Source of the DNA: Chrysemys picta bellii
Lineage: Eukaryota
Direction: 5' to 3'
Assembly: GCF_011386835.1 (NCBI RefSeq)
Contig: NC_088813.1
Span: 13,392,001 to 13,456,000, forward strand
Length of the DNA stretch: 64,000 nucleotides
In this document: positions 53,271-64,000 of the stretch, piece after piece
How positions within the stretch are numbered: the stretch's first letter is position 1
Layout: each line of letters opens with the position of its first letter
Translations under genes and position numbers: made by a program
Notes under the pieces: generated by a model
What the model was told of the DNA's origin: nothing
Database searches by the model: none
Seen by the model: the letters and a program-made list of their open reading frames with translations, nothing else

Positions 53271-54259
53271 TCACAAAAAATAAGCCAGGAGAAGCTGATT
53301 TTCAAATACTGCATTTTGAAATATATTTGTTGTTGTTACATCCACACATCAGGGCTCTAACTAGCTCCCAACCCTCCCCCTCCCCCCCAAGACAGTTTAT
53401 TACTAAAACCTTCTGCTAATTATTTCAGCTAAGAAACTCACGACAAACGTATTACTGGTAAAGATGCAAGACTAAGTTTTAAAAGAGCCTCTGTTCTACA
53501 AATAGGTCATGTATGTTGGGAGATCGATTAGAACACATCTGTTCCTAAACACAACACAGTTCGAGTCTTGCCCAGTTAGATGGTACCAAACTTTGTTTAA
53601 CAAAGCATAATACTGTCCTTTAAGGCCTGGAGCTACAGCACAATTTTGTTCAACAGTTCAGCCTGCCTCTGCAGCCAGGACCAATACAGCCTTCAGCCTA
53701 CCCCCAAGGCTCCCTGAAGATGATACAGGACCTTGTAGGAAAAATCTGGCAGGCAACCCAAGTCTAGGAAAGAGAATAGAACCTACCACCATTGATCTGG
53801 CAGCAGGGACCAGAGATGAGAAAGGTGTCAGAGTGACAGAATCCCTGGACAGAGTTCCTGACCTCTCTTCCACAGTGTTGGCATCAATCTACCTACTCCT
53901 ATGAGTGGATTCACAGTAGATTTCTCTTCCATTTCTGAATGATAATGAAACCACATTGGAATCTGGCCCATGAATGTAAGAAATGAGACTTTCAGAGAAA
54001 TTTTAAAATTTTTAGATAAGTTTTAGTGAATTGATAGTTCAGTTGATAGGAAACTCTCAGTAAAATGGCAAGGTTTTCTTTTGTGATGAATTTACTTTAC
54101 AGTACTGGGACATTAAAAATAACTAAAAAAGTTCACATTCCTTGTCAATGTTCTTGTAATCAATTAAACAAAGTTCTTGTTCATGCTCCTCTCATTTACA
54201 ACTAATAAAAATATGCTTAAAATAGAAGATAAATGGACAATAATAGAAAACAGATTTCT

Positions 54260-54430
54260 GTTTTACAGAGTGGAACTGAGGTAGAAAGGTTATATTAAGC
54301 AACCTGCCCAAGGCCACAAAATGAGGCCTTGCCATGGGCCTTTAGACAAGGCATTCATTACTGCCACAGCTAGGATTAGGTCAATCGTTCTTGGCTTCTA
54401 GTCTAGTGCTCAGTTCAATAGACCATACTG
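54260..54430 (-). mobile_element. MIR/CORE-SINE-like relic in RBBP4 intron 3
   Basis: ttttacagagtggaactgagg...aacctgcccaaggccac. Confidence 0.5.
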
Positions 54431-55562
54431 CCTCATGTGGAAGAATGAGAAGTAACAAGTATATCAGGGTTATAGAAAAAGTCAGATGACTAAAAAAAAT
54501 TCAATGATAGCCTTTTTGAAGCTGTGTTTAGCATCTGAATATGAAATTGAGAGCAAGTATTGTGCGGCATATTCCTTGAAAGAGGCACTAATGTGAAAGT
54601 CATTACATTAAAACGAAAACCATTTTGGGACCATGATTAAAGGTTTTGGGGTGAAGAGATTTCTACAGACTTCCCATCTCAATTATTTGAATACTTCTTG
54701 CAATTTTATTGTGATTCACCCCCCCATCATGAAAAACAAAAAGTATTAAGATACCAAGGAGAAAAGCAGCAGCATTACTGAGATTTGACATTTCTGGAAA
54801 ACAAATTCTAAAATAAAGTATTTTATTAGATAGAATCCTGTTCATGATCAATACTGAGAAGTCCAAAGATCAAAATGCCAATTGCACAATCCTGGCTTCT
54901 AGCAAGAAAGTGCACAGCAAACAACGGGATTGGGAATTTTCTATGTCATGTAGAACAATTGATTAAACTGACTAAAATAGCCATTCCTTATAACAAGTAG
55001 GCACACTGGCAGCCAAACAAGGCTGCAGAAAACATGCGATCCAAACCCGAAGTATTTGACTATTTAACTGGATAAAGTACAATCATCCTTTCTATTCTGA
55101 AGGGGCTGGCACAAATATTGACAGCAGGATTCAAACTGAAGAGAACATTTGAAACATTACACCCCCTCTGGGGCAGGGGAAAAGGACCCTTTCACCAGGT
55201 TAAGAAAACAGTCACTACAAAGGAATACTTTATGCACTGTAAAAGACAACCTGTAGAATTCAGTCATCTCATAATGGATATACAGTTGTACCCCACCATT
55301 TTGCAGTAAACCTTTCCCCCTTTCTTTTCATCACTGTTAGTAAAATGTAACCCTTTTTTCTTGTAAGTAAAAATTAAATTTTATTCAGCGTAGCATATGG
55401 ATTACAGAGGTACTGTGTAGAAATCCATGAAAGAGAAGCTGAATCCTTTCCTGATGATTAAATAGTATAAGAGTTTTTAATTTTATATCTGTACTTTACG
55501 AACCCAAAGCTAAGAAAAGGCCAAGAGCTAGTGAGAAAAATGTTAGAACTCCACTTTGTTCA

Positions 55563-55736
<174 letters not shown>

Positions 55737-56458
55737 TCAAATTACTACATGAGGAATCAAGGGAGAGAGATCCAGCTGTAACCAGTTCATCAGAATGAGC
55801 CATTGCCTGGAAGTTATCCCTTACAAAACAAAATCATAAACAACACAACCACCCACTCATTTTAGTATTGTCCCTGCCCTCCTACTCAGATAGGAAATCC
55901 CCTCACTCCAAACAAGGTTGCTTCCAGATCCTATACTGAGTCCTCACAGCACCAAAGCCTACTAGTTTTCTTTGCCCCTCTATAGTGTCCCCGATATACC
56001 CCCAAGGAGCTTCTAGTGGAGTAAAAACCTTGAAGCTCATTAGCACTTTCTGCAGGCAGCAGATGGAAAATAAATTGGCTCAGAAATTTAGGGGATGACA
56101 GTGGTTGTGTGCAGACAAGGAAGCAGGCAATGGACATATGTAAACTGTTTACTTTTACTCTGAAGCTTTTGTCTGGTGTAGGGGGGAGGGGGAAGAGCAG
56201 AAAACAACAGAATATTTTGAATATAGGCAAAAAAATGTCAGTCAGAAGCTCGTTTCTAACTCAAAAAGGGGGAGCAGAGGTATTAGTAACATTCTGCACG
56301 CCATAACAGTCCTCAACTCACTACTGATAAGGCAAGAGCACAAACAGCTGGTCATGGAAGACAGCAATTATACAGTCTCACAGCAATATGAGATGTGATA
56401 GCAAATTTGTTCTTCTGTTGCCTTCTCCCTCCTCCTTCAAAATAAGAGGCTCAATTTA

Positions 56459-56620
<162 letters not shown>

Positions 56621-57339
56621 TTAAAAATGCACAAAATTAATATGGACAAGTACATTTATAAGCTGGCAACAAGACAATGAGTGGGCATTTAACAACTAGC
56701 TGTCTGCCTTACACTGTCACGCTACTGATACATAGACTGTACTTCTACTGAAAAGACAACTATGGGATTAAAAATCCCCTGCAGCACATGCAATCACCTC
56801 TCTTCAGATAAAGAAGGCTAACCCAGAACCAATACATAAAGATTCATCATCTCACAGATGTAGAAAGCAATAAAGATGAAATATGCCTGGAATAGGAAGG
56901 AGCAGTGCCTAGGCTCAGTTCATACTAGAAATATCCCCAATAAGGCTATGTAGCCCTAAGTCAGCCAATAGATTCCTGTGCATCTCCTTGTGTGACAGGT
57001 GAGTTGAATCTTGGCTTACCAACTCACCCTTCACTAAAAATTGCTTTAAAAATAACACAAAGCTTTCTGCCATTTAGAATAGCATTTTTCTCTCATATGT
57101 TTTCATTGAACATTAAAAACAAAATCTCCCTCCTTTCATACTAGCTAGGTTTGAGCAACCCAGGAATCTTATGAAAATGCAGCAGTAAAGACACGGTTAG
57201 AATCCAGACTGAGCAAAGGTATTTCCATTTGTGTAGAAGAGGAGTTTGGGGAGGGGGGGGGCCTTGAGGGTTAAACGAGTAGATAAGGGCGATTTGGGGA
57301 ATCACAAATGATAAACCCCTGTAAGCAGATGGCAGGAAG

Positions 57340-58320
57340 TTCTTCAATGGACCAACACGCCCCAGAGAATCAGCTCCCATGCGGGCAGAAAACAGGAGCA
57401 GGCGGCTAGGGAAGAAATCCCTCCCACCCCTGGACACCCCCAGCCCCTGGGAAGCAGTTGAGGGAGGGCAGGGCGCCGAGCGTGCGGAAGGGCCTGACAT
57501 CCCCGGGGACAGGACCTCGGCAGTGACCGTACGAGGGCGGCGGCGAACCCCAGACGGGCACCTCCGAGAGCCCCCAGACAAGGCGCCCTACGGGGGCAGG
57601 CGCCCCCCCCAGCGGACACGCCCGCTCGTGCCTCCGAGGGACAGGGGCCCGCAGCCTGACCCCCCCCCCCCCCCCGGACGGACCCCGCCCCCCAGACCCA
57701 GGGGCCGCCTCCACAGCAGCCAGCCTGGGAGCGTGGCCCCACCCCCAGCCCTTCCGGGGAGGGCGGCCTCGCACCAGGGGACCGGCTCCGTGGAAGACAC
57801 GGCGGGCGGGGCGCGGAGGGGGGGGGGGGACCCGGAGCAGCTCCCCAGGACCGGGAGCAGGGCCCCTCCCCCCGGCGCAGGCTCGCCACAGGCCGGGGAA
57901 GGGGCCGAGCGGCCTCCGCCCCAGAGAGGCGGGAAGGGCCCCAGGCCGGCCGGGGCCTGGGCGTCGGCTCCGCGCTCTCGCCTACCCTCCTTGTCCGCCA
58001 TGGCGTCGGTGCAGGCGGTGCGGCCAGCCGGCTCCTCGCCTCCCTCCGTCCCCGCCAGCCGCCGCTCTATTGTTTCCTGCCCCCTGCGTGCGGCTCCAGC
58101 GCCGCGCGCCCTTCGCGCCATCAGCCGCCAATCACAACCCGCTGCCGGGCCCCCGCTGCCAATCATAGCGCCGAGGCGACCTCGGGTGGGCGGGCCCAGA
58201 GGGCGGCGAGCGCGCTCTCCGATCACGTGGGTGGCGAAGGTGCTGCTGAAGTTCCCCTGGGAGCCGCCATTTTCCAACGTAGGGCGGCATGGACCCTGTT
58301 CCTCGCCCAGGTCTGCTTAA
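57340..58320. promoter_or_regulatory. CpG island / RBBP4 promoter
   Basis: E2F-like CTTCGCGC at 58111, CCAAT at 58128 and 58159, GC box near 58188, CACGTG at 58224, YY1-type GCCGCCATTTT at 58263-58273. Confidence 0.85.
57986..58001 (-). CDS. RBBP4: RBBP4 exon 1 (start codon)
   Basis: GACGCC-ATG-GCG-GAC-AAG-GAG-G|GTAGGC = MADKE; strong Kozak context. Confidence 0.95.
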
Positions 58321-58371
58321 AGGGCCAGTAACCAGTCAGTGGCCACTTGCATACAGACACCACAGACTCCA

Positions 58372-58474
58372 CAAAGCCCTGGCTGGGATGATTTAGTTGG
58401 GAATTGGTCCTGCTTTGAGCAGGGGGTTGGACTAGATACCTCCTGAGGTCCCTTCCAACCCTGATATTCTATGA
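58372..58474 (+). mobile_element. Short CR1 3' tail insertion at the edge of the CpG island
   Basis: Near-identical to 30638-30740. Confidence 0.88.
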
Positions 58475-58475
58475 C

Positions 58476-59588
58476 TGTCAGGTTCTAGCCCCATGTGCAT
58501 GCATTAGTTGGGGTCATCCTGGATAGTGGGATCAGCGATTGCACCCCATCCCGCAGGTGATACTGTGGAGGCCATGGGGGGAAAGGACTGTGTTTGCTCT
58601 CAGGGAAGGCTAAGGCTATGGCTACACTAGAGAGCTTACAGCTGCACCCATGCCACTGTAAGCCAATGGGAGACAGCTCTCCCATCAACTTAATCCACCC
58701 ACAACGAGCAGCAGTAGCTATGTTGGTCGGAGAAGCTCTTCTGCTGACATAGCCCTGTCTACACTGGCGCTTATGTCAGTGTAACTTATGTTGCTTGGGG
58801 GGTGGCTTATTCACACCCATGAGCGATATAAATTATATCAACAGAAATGATAGTGTAGACATAGCCTAAGACATAGCTGTGTCTGTGTGTGTGTGTCACA
58901 CAGTGGACTAGATGAATGTCATTAAAAAGGACTGGCAGAGAATGGAAAATCCAGGAAACAATGAAAAGCCCACGCACCAGGACATTGACACCGAGCAACG
59001 AATGACCCAGATGGAGGAGGATGTCCCTGCCTCTCAGCAGAGAAACTGAGCAGAGACCCAAACTGGAGAACAAAGGGCTGGGAGGTGTGAGGTGGGGACA
59101 TAAGAGTTGGCTTCTGGAAGAAGCTTGGAGCGCTGTTACCTGGGAACTGAGGAATGAAGTCAGAGACAGAGAATCTGAAAATGGGTTTCACTACTGCTTG
59201 ACTGGTGCTCTGGGCTGACCAGAATGTTTTAATCTTAATTTCTGTATGATAACCTAAGGACTTCCTGTGCTGTGTTCCAGTTGACTAATAAACCCTACTG
59301 TATTGAAAATGCTGTTAGTGTCAGTGTAATTACTTGATAAGGTGCACTAATCCCTGAAGAGAGTAAAAGTCTCTATCAGGACCCTGTCTCAGTTGGACTT
59401 GCTGAACAGAACTCAGTGTGTAGCAGGAGTGATGAAGCCCCAGAAGTTCCGTCTCAGGAGATGGTAAGGATGCATGGCCTACCCTGGGAAACAAGTGAGA
59501 CCCCTAGGGGTCTCGCAGATCACAGGGATTCCTCCAAGACCCTCTTCCAAAACTGGGAGTGTAGCACGGATCCTGTGGATCCATGATA
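58476..59588 (+). mobile_element. Probable solo LTR (Gypsy-like) with a nested MITE
   Basis: Starts TGTCA, internal AATAAA at 59287-59292, ends ggatcctgtggatccatgata; no TSD seen. Confidence 0.55.
58614..58866. mobile_element. PIF/Harbinger MITE nested in the LTR
   Basis: TIRs GGCTATGGCTACACTA / TAGTGTAGACATAGCC; TAA target duplication on both sides. Confidence 0.88.
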
Positions 59589-59664
59589 AGGAGTAATATT
59601 GTGTTATGTACTGGCTAAGGTGCACCAAGGAGGAATATGCAATGAACAACCACTCATCTATAAT

Positions 59665-60022
59665 AGGTTTCAGAGTAGCAGCCGTGTTAGTCTGAATCCT
59701 CAAAAAGAACAGGAGTACTTGTGGCACCTTAGAGACTAACAAATTTATTTGAGCATAGGCTTTCATGGGCTACAGCCCACTTCATTGGATGCATAGAATG
59801 GAACATATAATAAGGAGATATATATAGAGAGAGAGAGAGAACATGAAAAGGTGGGAGTTGCCCTACCAACTCTAAGAGGCTAATTATTTAGATAAGCTTT
59901 TATCAGCAGGAGAAAAAAAAACTTTTGTAGTGATAATCAAGATGGCCCATTTCAGACAGTTTGACAAGAAGGTGGGTGTGAGGATACTTAACATGGGGAA
60001 ATAGATTCAATGTGTGTAATGG
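59665..60022 (-). mobile_element. PLE 3' end; degenerate hammerhead motif at 59753-59792
   Basis: Reverse complement of the PLE tail seen at 8121-8490; core CCAATGA. Confidence 0.88.
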
Positions 60023-60386
60023 CTCATATAATACAGACAGATGGGTCACATACATATTTTAGGTCTCAGTATGCAATGCTGCATGTTAGTCCAAGCAGTT
60101 TTTAAATAGTGCAGCACTACACTGCAGAGACTAGAGGCCCCACCATGCAGTGCTTCAAGATGTTCTTTAATGAGGTGCTGCATCAGACATTTGAGGTCTC
60201 CATACTGCATCTAGGAGAGAGCCGAAAAACTGTTAGCGGCTCCACTTTATGCAAATTATCCATAAGCCTCTGTTTTTTTAAAGTTTGTGTGTCCCTACAT
60301 ACTACATCTGAGGGAAGTAAATACACCTAGGAATAAAAAATTTTGTCTACAAGTCAGAGCAATCTATTATCAGATGAATTTTTTTC

Positions 60387-60567
60387 GGGGAGGGATAGCT
60401 CAGTGGTTTGAACAGTGGCCTGCTAAACCCAGCATTGTGAGCTCAATCCTTGAGGGGCCATTTAGGGAACTGGGGTAAAAAGCTGTCTGGGGATTGGTCC
60501 TGCTTTGAGCAGGGGGGGTTGGACTAGATGACCTCCTGAGGTCCCTTCCAACCCTGATAATCTATGA
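60387..60567 (+). mobile_element. Full-length tRNA-derived SINE with CR1 3' tail (tortoise polIII/SINE type)
   Basis: A box TAGCTCAGTGG, B box GAGCTCAATCC, then a CR1-like tail ending aatctatga. Confidence 0.88.
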
Positions 60568-60869
60568 ATAGAATGGAACACCCTAAAATCCAGACAATTA
60601 CAGAATTTGAGAAATAAGGTTCAAATTGAGACTTTAATCTGATTCCTAAATCTTGGATGTTTCCTGTCTCCTGATTATTTTCTTAGTTCTCTCTACGGCA
60701 GCAAGACATAAATGGACTATATCCAACCCTAGTCAATACTTTCCCCTTTCCACTTAGATGTGACAGAGATGAACATTATAGAAAACACTACGTTGGATAG
60801 ACACAGACGATACTCTGCCCTTAATCCCAATTTTAAAAAGCAGACTAGCTGCAGCTAAAAACATGTGGT

Positions 60870-61050
60870 CTAGAGGTGTACATACTAGACTAGCACTCAG
60901 GAAATGCAGAGGTTCTATTTCTGACTCTACTAGGAGACTTTAGATAAGTCACTTGTACATCTCTGAGCTTCCATTTCCTCATTTTTAAAGTGGAAATAAT
61001 GATACTGACCTCCTTTAAAATCTCCTGATAAAAAGCACTATGAGAGCTTT
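60870..61050 (+). mobile_element. MIR/CORE-SINE-like relic
   Basis: gtggtctagagg head and ctctgagcttccatttcctcatttttaaagtggaaataat core. Confidence 0.55.
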
Positions 61051-62557
61051 TTATTTAGTCCTTCCAAAAAGTCCTCCCCTTCTACTGAAATTAAAAAGAT
61101 ATACCCTTATTTCACTTCACATATGCCCTTATTTATAGATTTCCCCTCTTATGTTTTTATTATTAGCCCTGTGTTGTCAACCCCAAATATTGAAAAAATA
61201 ATTAACTTGGCCCATAACAAATTGAGAGATTGTTTTCAAAATCATGAGGTTTATATATATATATATATATTAAATGTTAGGTCCCTTTTCTTGCCTTTTG
61301 GGTCTTTAGGGATCCCTTGCTTCACGTTTTCAAGCTTTTCTCTGCAAGCACGAGGGCTAGAAATGTACTTTAAAAATTAAAGTTGAAATTATCATGCAAT
61401 AGCATGATTCCAGAACCTGGGCCTTTAAGAAGACACTCCACATTGTGAGACCTTCATGATAAAATCACAAGAGCTGGCAATACTGTTTTGAATCAGTACA
61501 ATTTCCATCAGCTGTTGAGGATGCTACTTGGATTTAGCTGTAGATAGATCCTTCCACATGCAAACAATTTAAGGAAAGAGCAAGGCTTGCCACTCTGTGG
61601 GGAAGGGGAAGATATAGGAAGGTCCAGTTCGGGGATAAATATTTTATTACAGCACCTGCAGTTGATATGTGTTTTATGGTCCTGATGTTTATTTCCATTT
61701 ACCTTTCAAATTATAAACCTGGCATGAAAGTCTGAAGGAACTGCAAAGAGGCTGATTTTAGGAAACATACTCTTCACTGGGATCTGACAACCTTGTTCGC
61801 TAGGGACCAGATCCTATGCAGAGCCCCATTGACTTAAGCATTTGTGTGTGTTTTCAGGATTGGGGACTAACAAACAGTCACTGCCCTTAAGAACAGATTT
61901 CACTTTTATCTGCTGTAGTAACATGGTTGAGAGCCACAGAGTCTGCATTTGTGCCAGCTGTTGTGGGTTTGGTGGGCTTTATAGGGGCTTGTTTTGTAAC
62001 ACGTCTATGTTTAGATTACCATATGCGCACTGGACAGTGTTCTGTAAAGTGCTGAATACCCTCAGATGCCATTAACTTCAGGGGGACTGGAAAGCATTTG
62101 ACACTTGTAAGCTCAGGCAGGCCTCCTATACAACTGGCTTGTTACTTTGGTTTTAATATCATTCTATTATTTATGGAGCATTGACAGCATGCTTGGGGCA
62201 TAAAGGAAGACATTATTCCTGCTCCAAGGAGTTTACAATTTGTGGCCCCAAACCTGCAAAGACTCATGCACATGCTTAACTTTACCCACTGTGCATGTTC
62301 ACTATTTGCAGTGCATTCATTTAAACGCACCTGTAAAATCTTTGCAGAATCAAGGTCTAAAGTTCCCCACATGAACAAAGGATTTGGTGGCATGGGAATT
62401 AAAAGAGGCACATTTAAAATATCACCGTTCCATAGCCTCCTACAATTGTGGTGCTAGCTACTTTTAGTTACAATAAAAGAGCTCTTCCAAAATTGCTATT
62501 GATTCTCCTCAGAGACTGGCCTGATAAAAAGAGAACTCTCTCTTTAAGCACCAGCAT

Positions 62558-62622
62558 CACGTGTGGAAATTTCCCTGACAGTAGCCTGAAAGGGGGTGGC
62601 CATTTTTATAAAGCAGGAAGTG
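62558..62622 (+). promoter_or_regulatory. Candidate ZBTB8OS proximal promoter
   Basis: CACGTG at 62558, GCCATTTT at 62599, TATAAA at 62607, ETS-type GGAAGTG at 62616, just upstream of the ATG. Confidence 0.4.
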
Positions 62623-62644
62623 AGTCGTGTACACCAAAGTGATC

Positions 62645-62732
62645 ATGGCAGATAACTACAGGGACTATAATCTGACAGCGGACCAGCAGGCCATTAAAGC
62701 CAAGTATCCGCCCCTCAATAAGAAATATGAGT
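62645..62732 (+). CDS. ZBTB8OS: Archease (tRNA ligase cofactor), first coding exon; later exons lie right of the window
   Basis: ATC-ATG-G Kozak; MADNYRDYNLTADQQAIKAKYPPLNKKYE(Y), matching recalled human RDYNLTEEQKAIKAKYPPVNRKYEY; phase-1 donor T|GTGAGT; head-to-head with RBBP4. Confidence 0.92.
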
Positions 62733-64000
62733 GTGAGTATTCCTAGCCTTGTCCAGGCATAGTCTATGGGGTGATGGGTGTGGGGGGACTATGGAAAGGT
62801 GAGTCCCCTTAATACACTAGTGCTGCATGCTGTTTTCACTTTCAGATTGTGGGTGTGTCTGTAGTTTAACTGTAGGGGTTGTTTATGTTTCTTAATTTGT
62901 TGAATTATTTTGTGCCTTTCTGTGATGTAAATAACTAGACAATGACTTATTCATAAAAAGCAAACCGAGAAACTCTCCTTCTAAGCTGTTTCTTGTCTCT
63001 AAACAAATGCTTAAGATCTTAGCTGGTGAATATATTTTTTTCATCTTCTCTACACGTTTTTCTGTTTGTTTTGTTTTTGCATTATGTGCTTTAATTTGCT
63101 GCTTTGAGACTTTTGCCTGGGCTTTTTCCCCCTTCCCTCCCCAGGAATTCCATCCTGCCTTGATTTTTAATAGCTTTAGGTACTTACAGGAAGGGCCTCC
63201 TGTGTCTAACTGCAGTTTTATTTGGGCAGTGCCCATTTGGGAGAGTAGTTTGTGGAATTCATTAACATATATTCCAGGACTTGTTCAGCTCTTAAGCCTA
63301 GTATAGGCCTAATGACAGCAGCATATTCCACCAGTCAAAATGGAACCAATCTTCCTTATGTAATCAGAGAAGATTTTTATTCTCTGTCTGAATGGAGTTG
63401 TTGTCATCGTGTTTGTTGTTTGTTAGAGACAGTTGGTAGGGAAACTAGTCACAAATCATAATCAGGTAAGTGATTATGGAACCAAGAGGATGGTTTTCAG
63501 CTGTGATGATCTATGGTCTGTTACTTATTTTAGACCTCAGTTTAGATCTGTCTCCGACAAATGTGGTTATTTCACACACTTTTTTTTTATTACTGTGAGT
63601 TGACTTAAATTCTAGATCCCTAAATTGCGGTTGTATAAAATTTTATAGTGTGGGTCCCTGTCCTCCTCATTTTGTAATTCTTAATAGTTTAAAAGCCAAT
63701 GCCACATATTAGGGTGTTCATGTATAGCTTAAAAGCTATAAATGAACAAAAAAAGGCTTGTGCACTGAGCCTGCGGAATATACCAAACACATGACACTTC
63801 TCAGCCTTGCGGGAAAAGAAGAAACTGTCACAGACATCTAGTCCTCATCACTTGTTTGCTGTGTTGGTGCAGTAAACACCTTTAATATCTCATAAGAGCT
63901 GGCAGAAATCTGTTTTAGCTAGAGATAGGAGATATAGACTGTGTTCATCTTTGCTTTGAAATTCTGTTCTATAATTTATGTTGTTTGACAATGCAACAAC

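Noticed and set aside
53640-53990. Open frame and distinct-looking sequence in RBBP4 intron 3
   Set aside because: No homologue recognised and no splice sites compatible with the complete 12-exon RBBP4 frame.
57141-58320. Long ORFs over the RBBP4 CpG island (313, 229, 181 aa)
   Set aside because: Same GC artefact; the real coding part is the 16-nt MADKE exon.
60387-60460. tRNA-like sequence with A and B boxes
   Set aside because: Runs directly into a CR1-type tail and lacks a proper cloverleaf; it is a SINE head, not a tRNA gene.
62733-64000. ZBTB8OS exon 2 (LDHTADVQ)
   Set aside because: Not found before the window ends.

Overview
Vertebrate genomic DNA, almost certainly turtle (Testudines): it carries a tRNA-derived SINE with a CR1 tail of the tortoise polIII/SINE type, CR1/L2/MIR relics, Penelope-like elements (PLEs) and hAT and PIF/Harbinger-type MITEs. 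Gene order matches the conserved amniote block NHSL3(KIAA1522) - SYNC - RBBP4 - ZBTB8OS. NHSL3 has only its first coding exon here (minus, 5633-5915, CpG island). SYNC (plus) has three coding exons, about 381 aa from ATG 39572. RBBP4 (minus) is complete: 12 coding exons, 1278 nt, 425 aa, all GT-AG. ZBTB8OS/archease (plus) has only its ATG exon (62645-62732). I found no support for a new multi-gene system. Best leads: (1) seven PLE-borne minimal hammerhead ribozyme motifs, three insertions with clean 11-14 bp TSDs, one forming a 59-bp hairpin in a SYNC intron; (2) the RBBP4/ZBTB8OS head-to-head promoter appears split by about 4.3 kb of stacked TEs, with an E-box/YY1-like module on both sides; (3) a candidate spliced divergent lncRNA from the NHSL3 CpG island; (4) SYNC architecture (11/9-aa repeat head, YKGCLE tail, two candidate muscle promoters whose uORFs would end on the SYNC start as TGATG). 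Gene identities and human comparisons come from recalled sequences, not a database search; repeat family names and edges are approximate unless TSDs are given.
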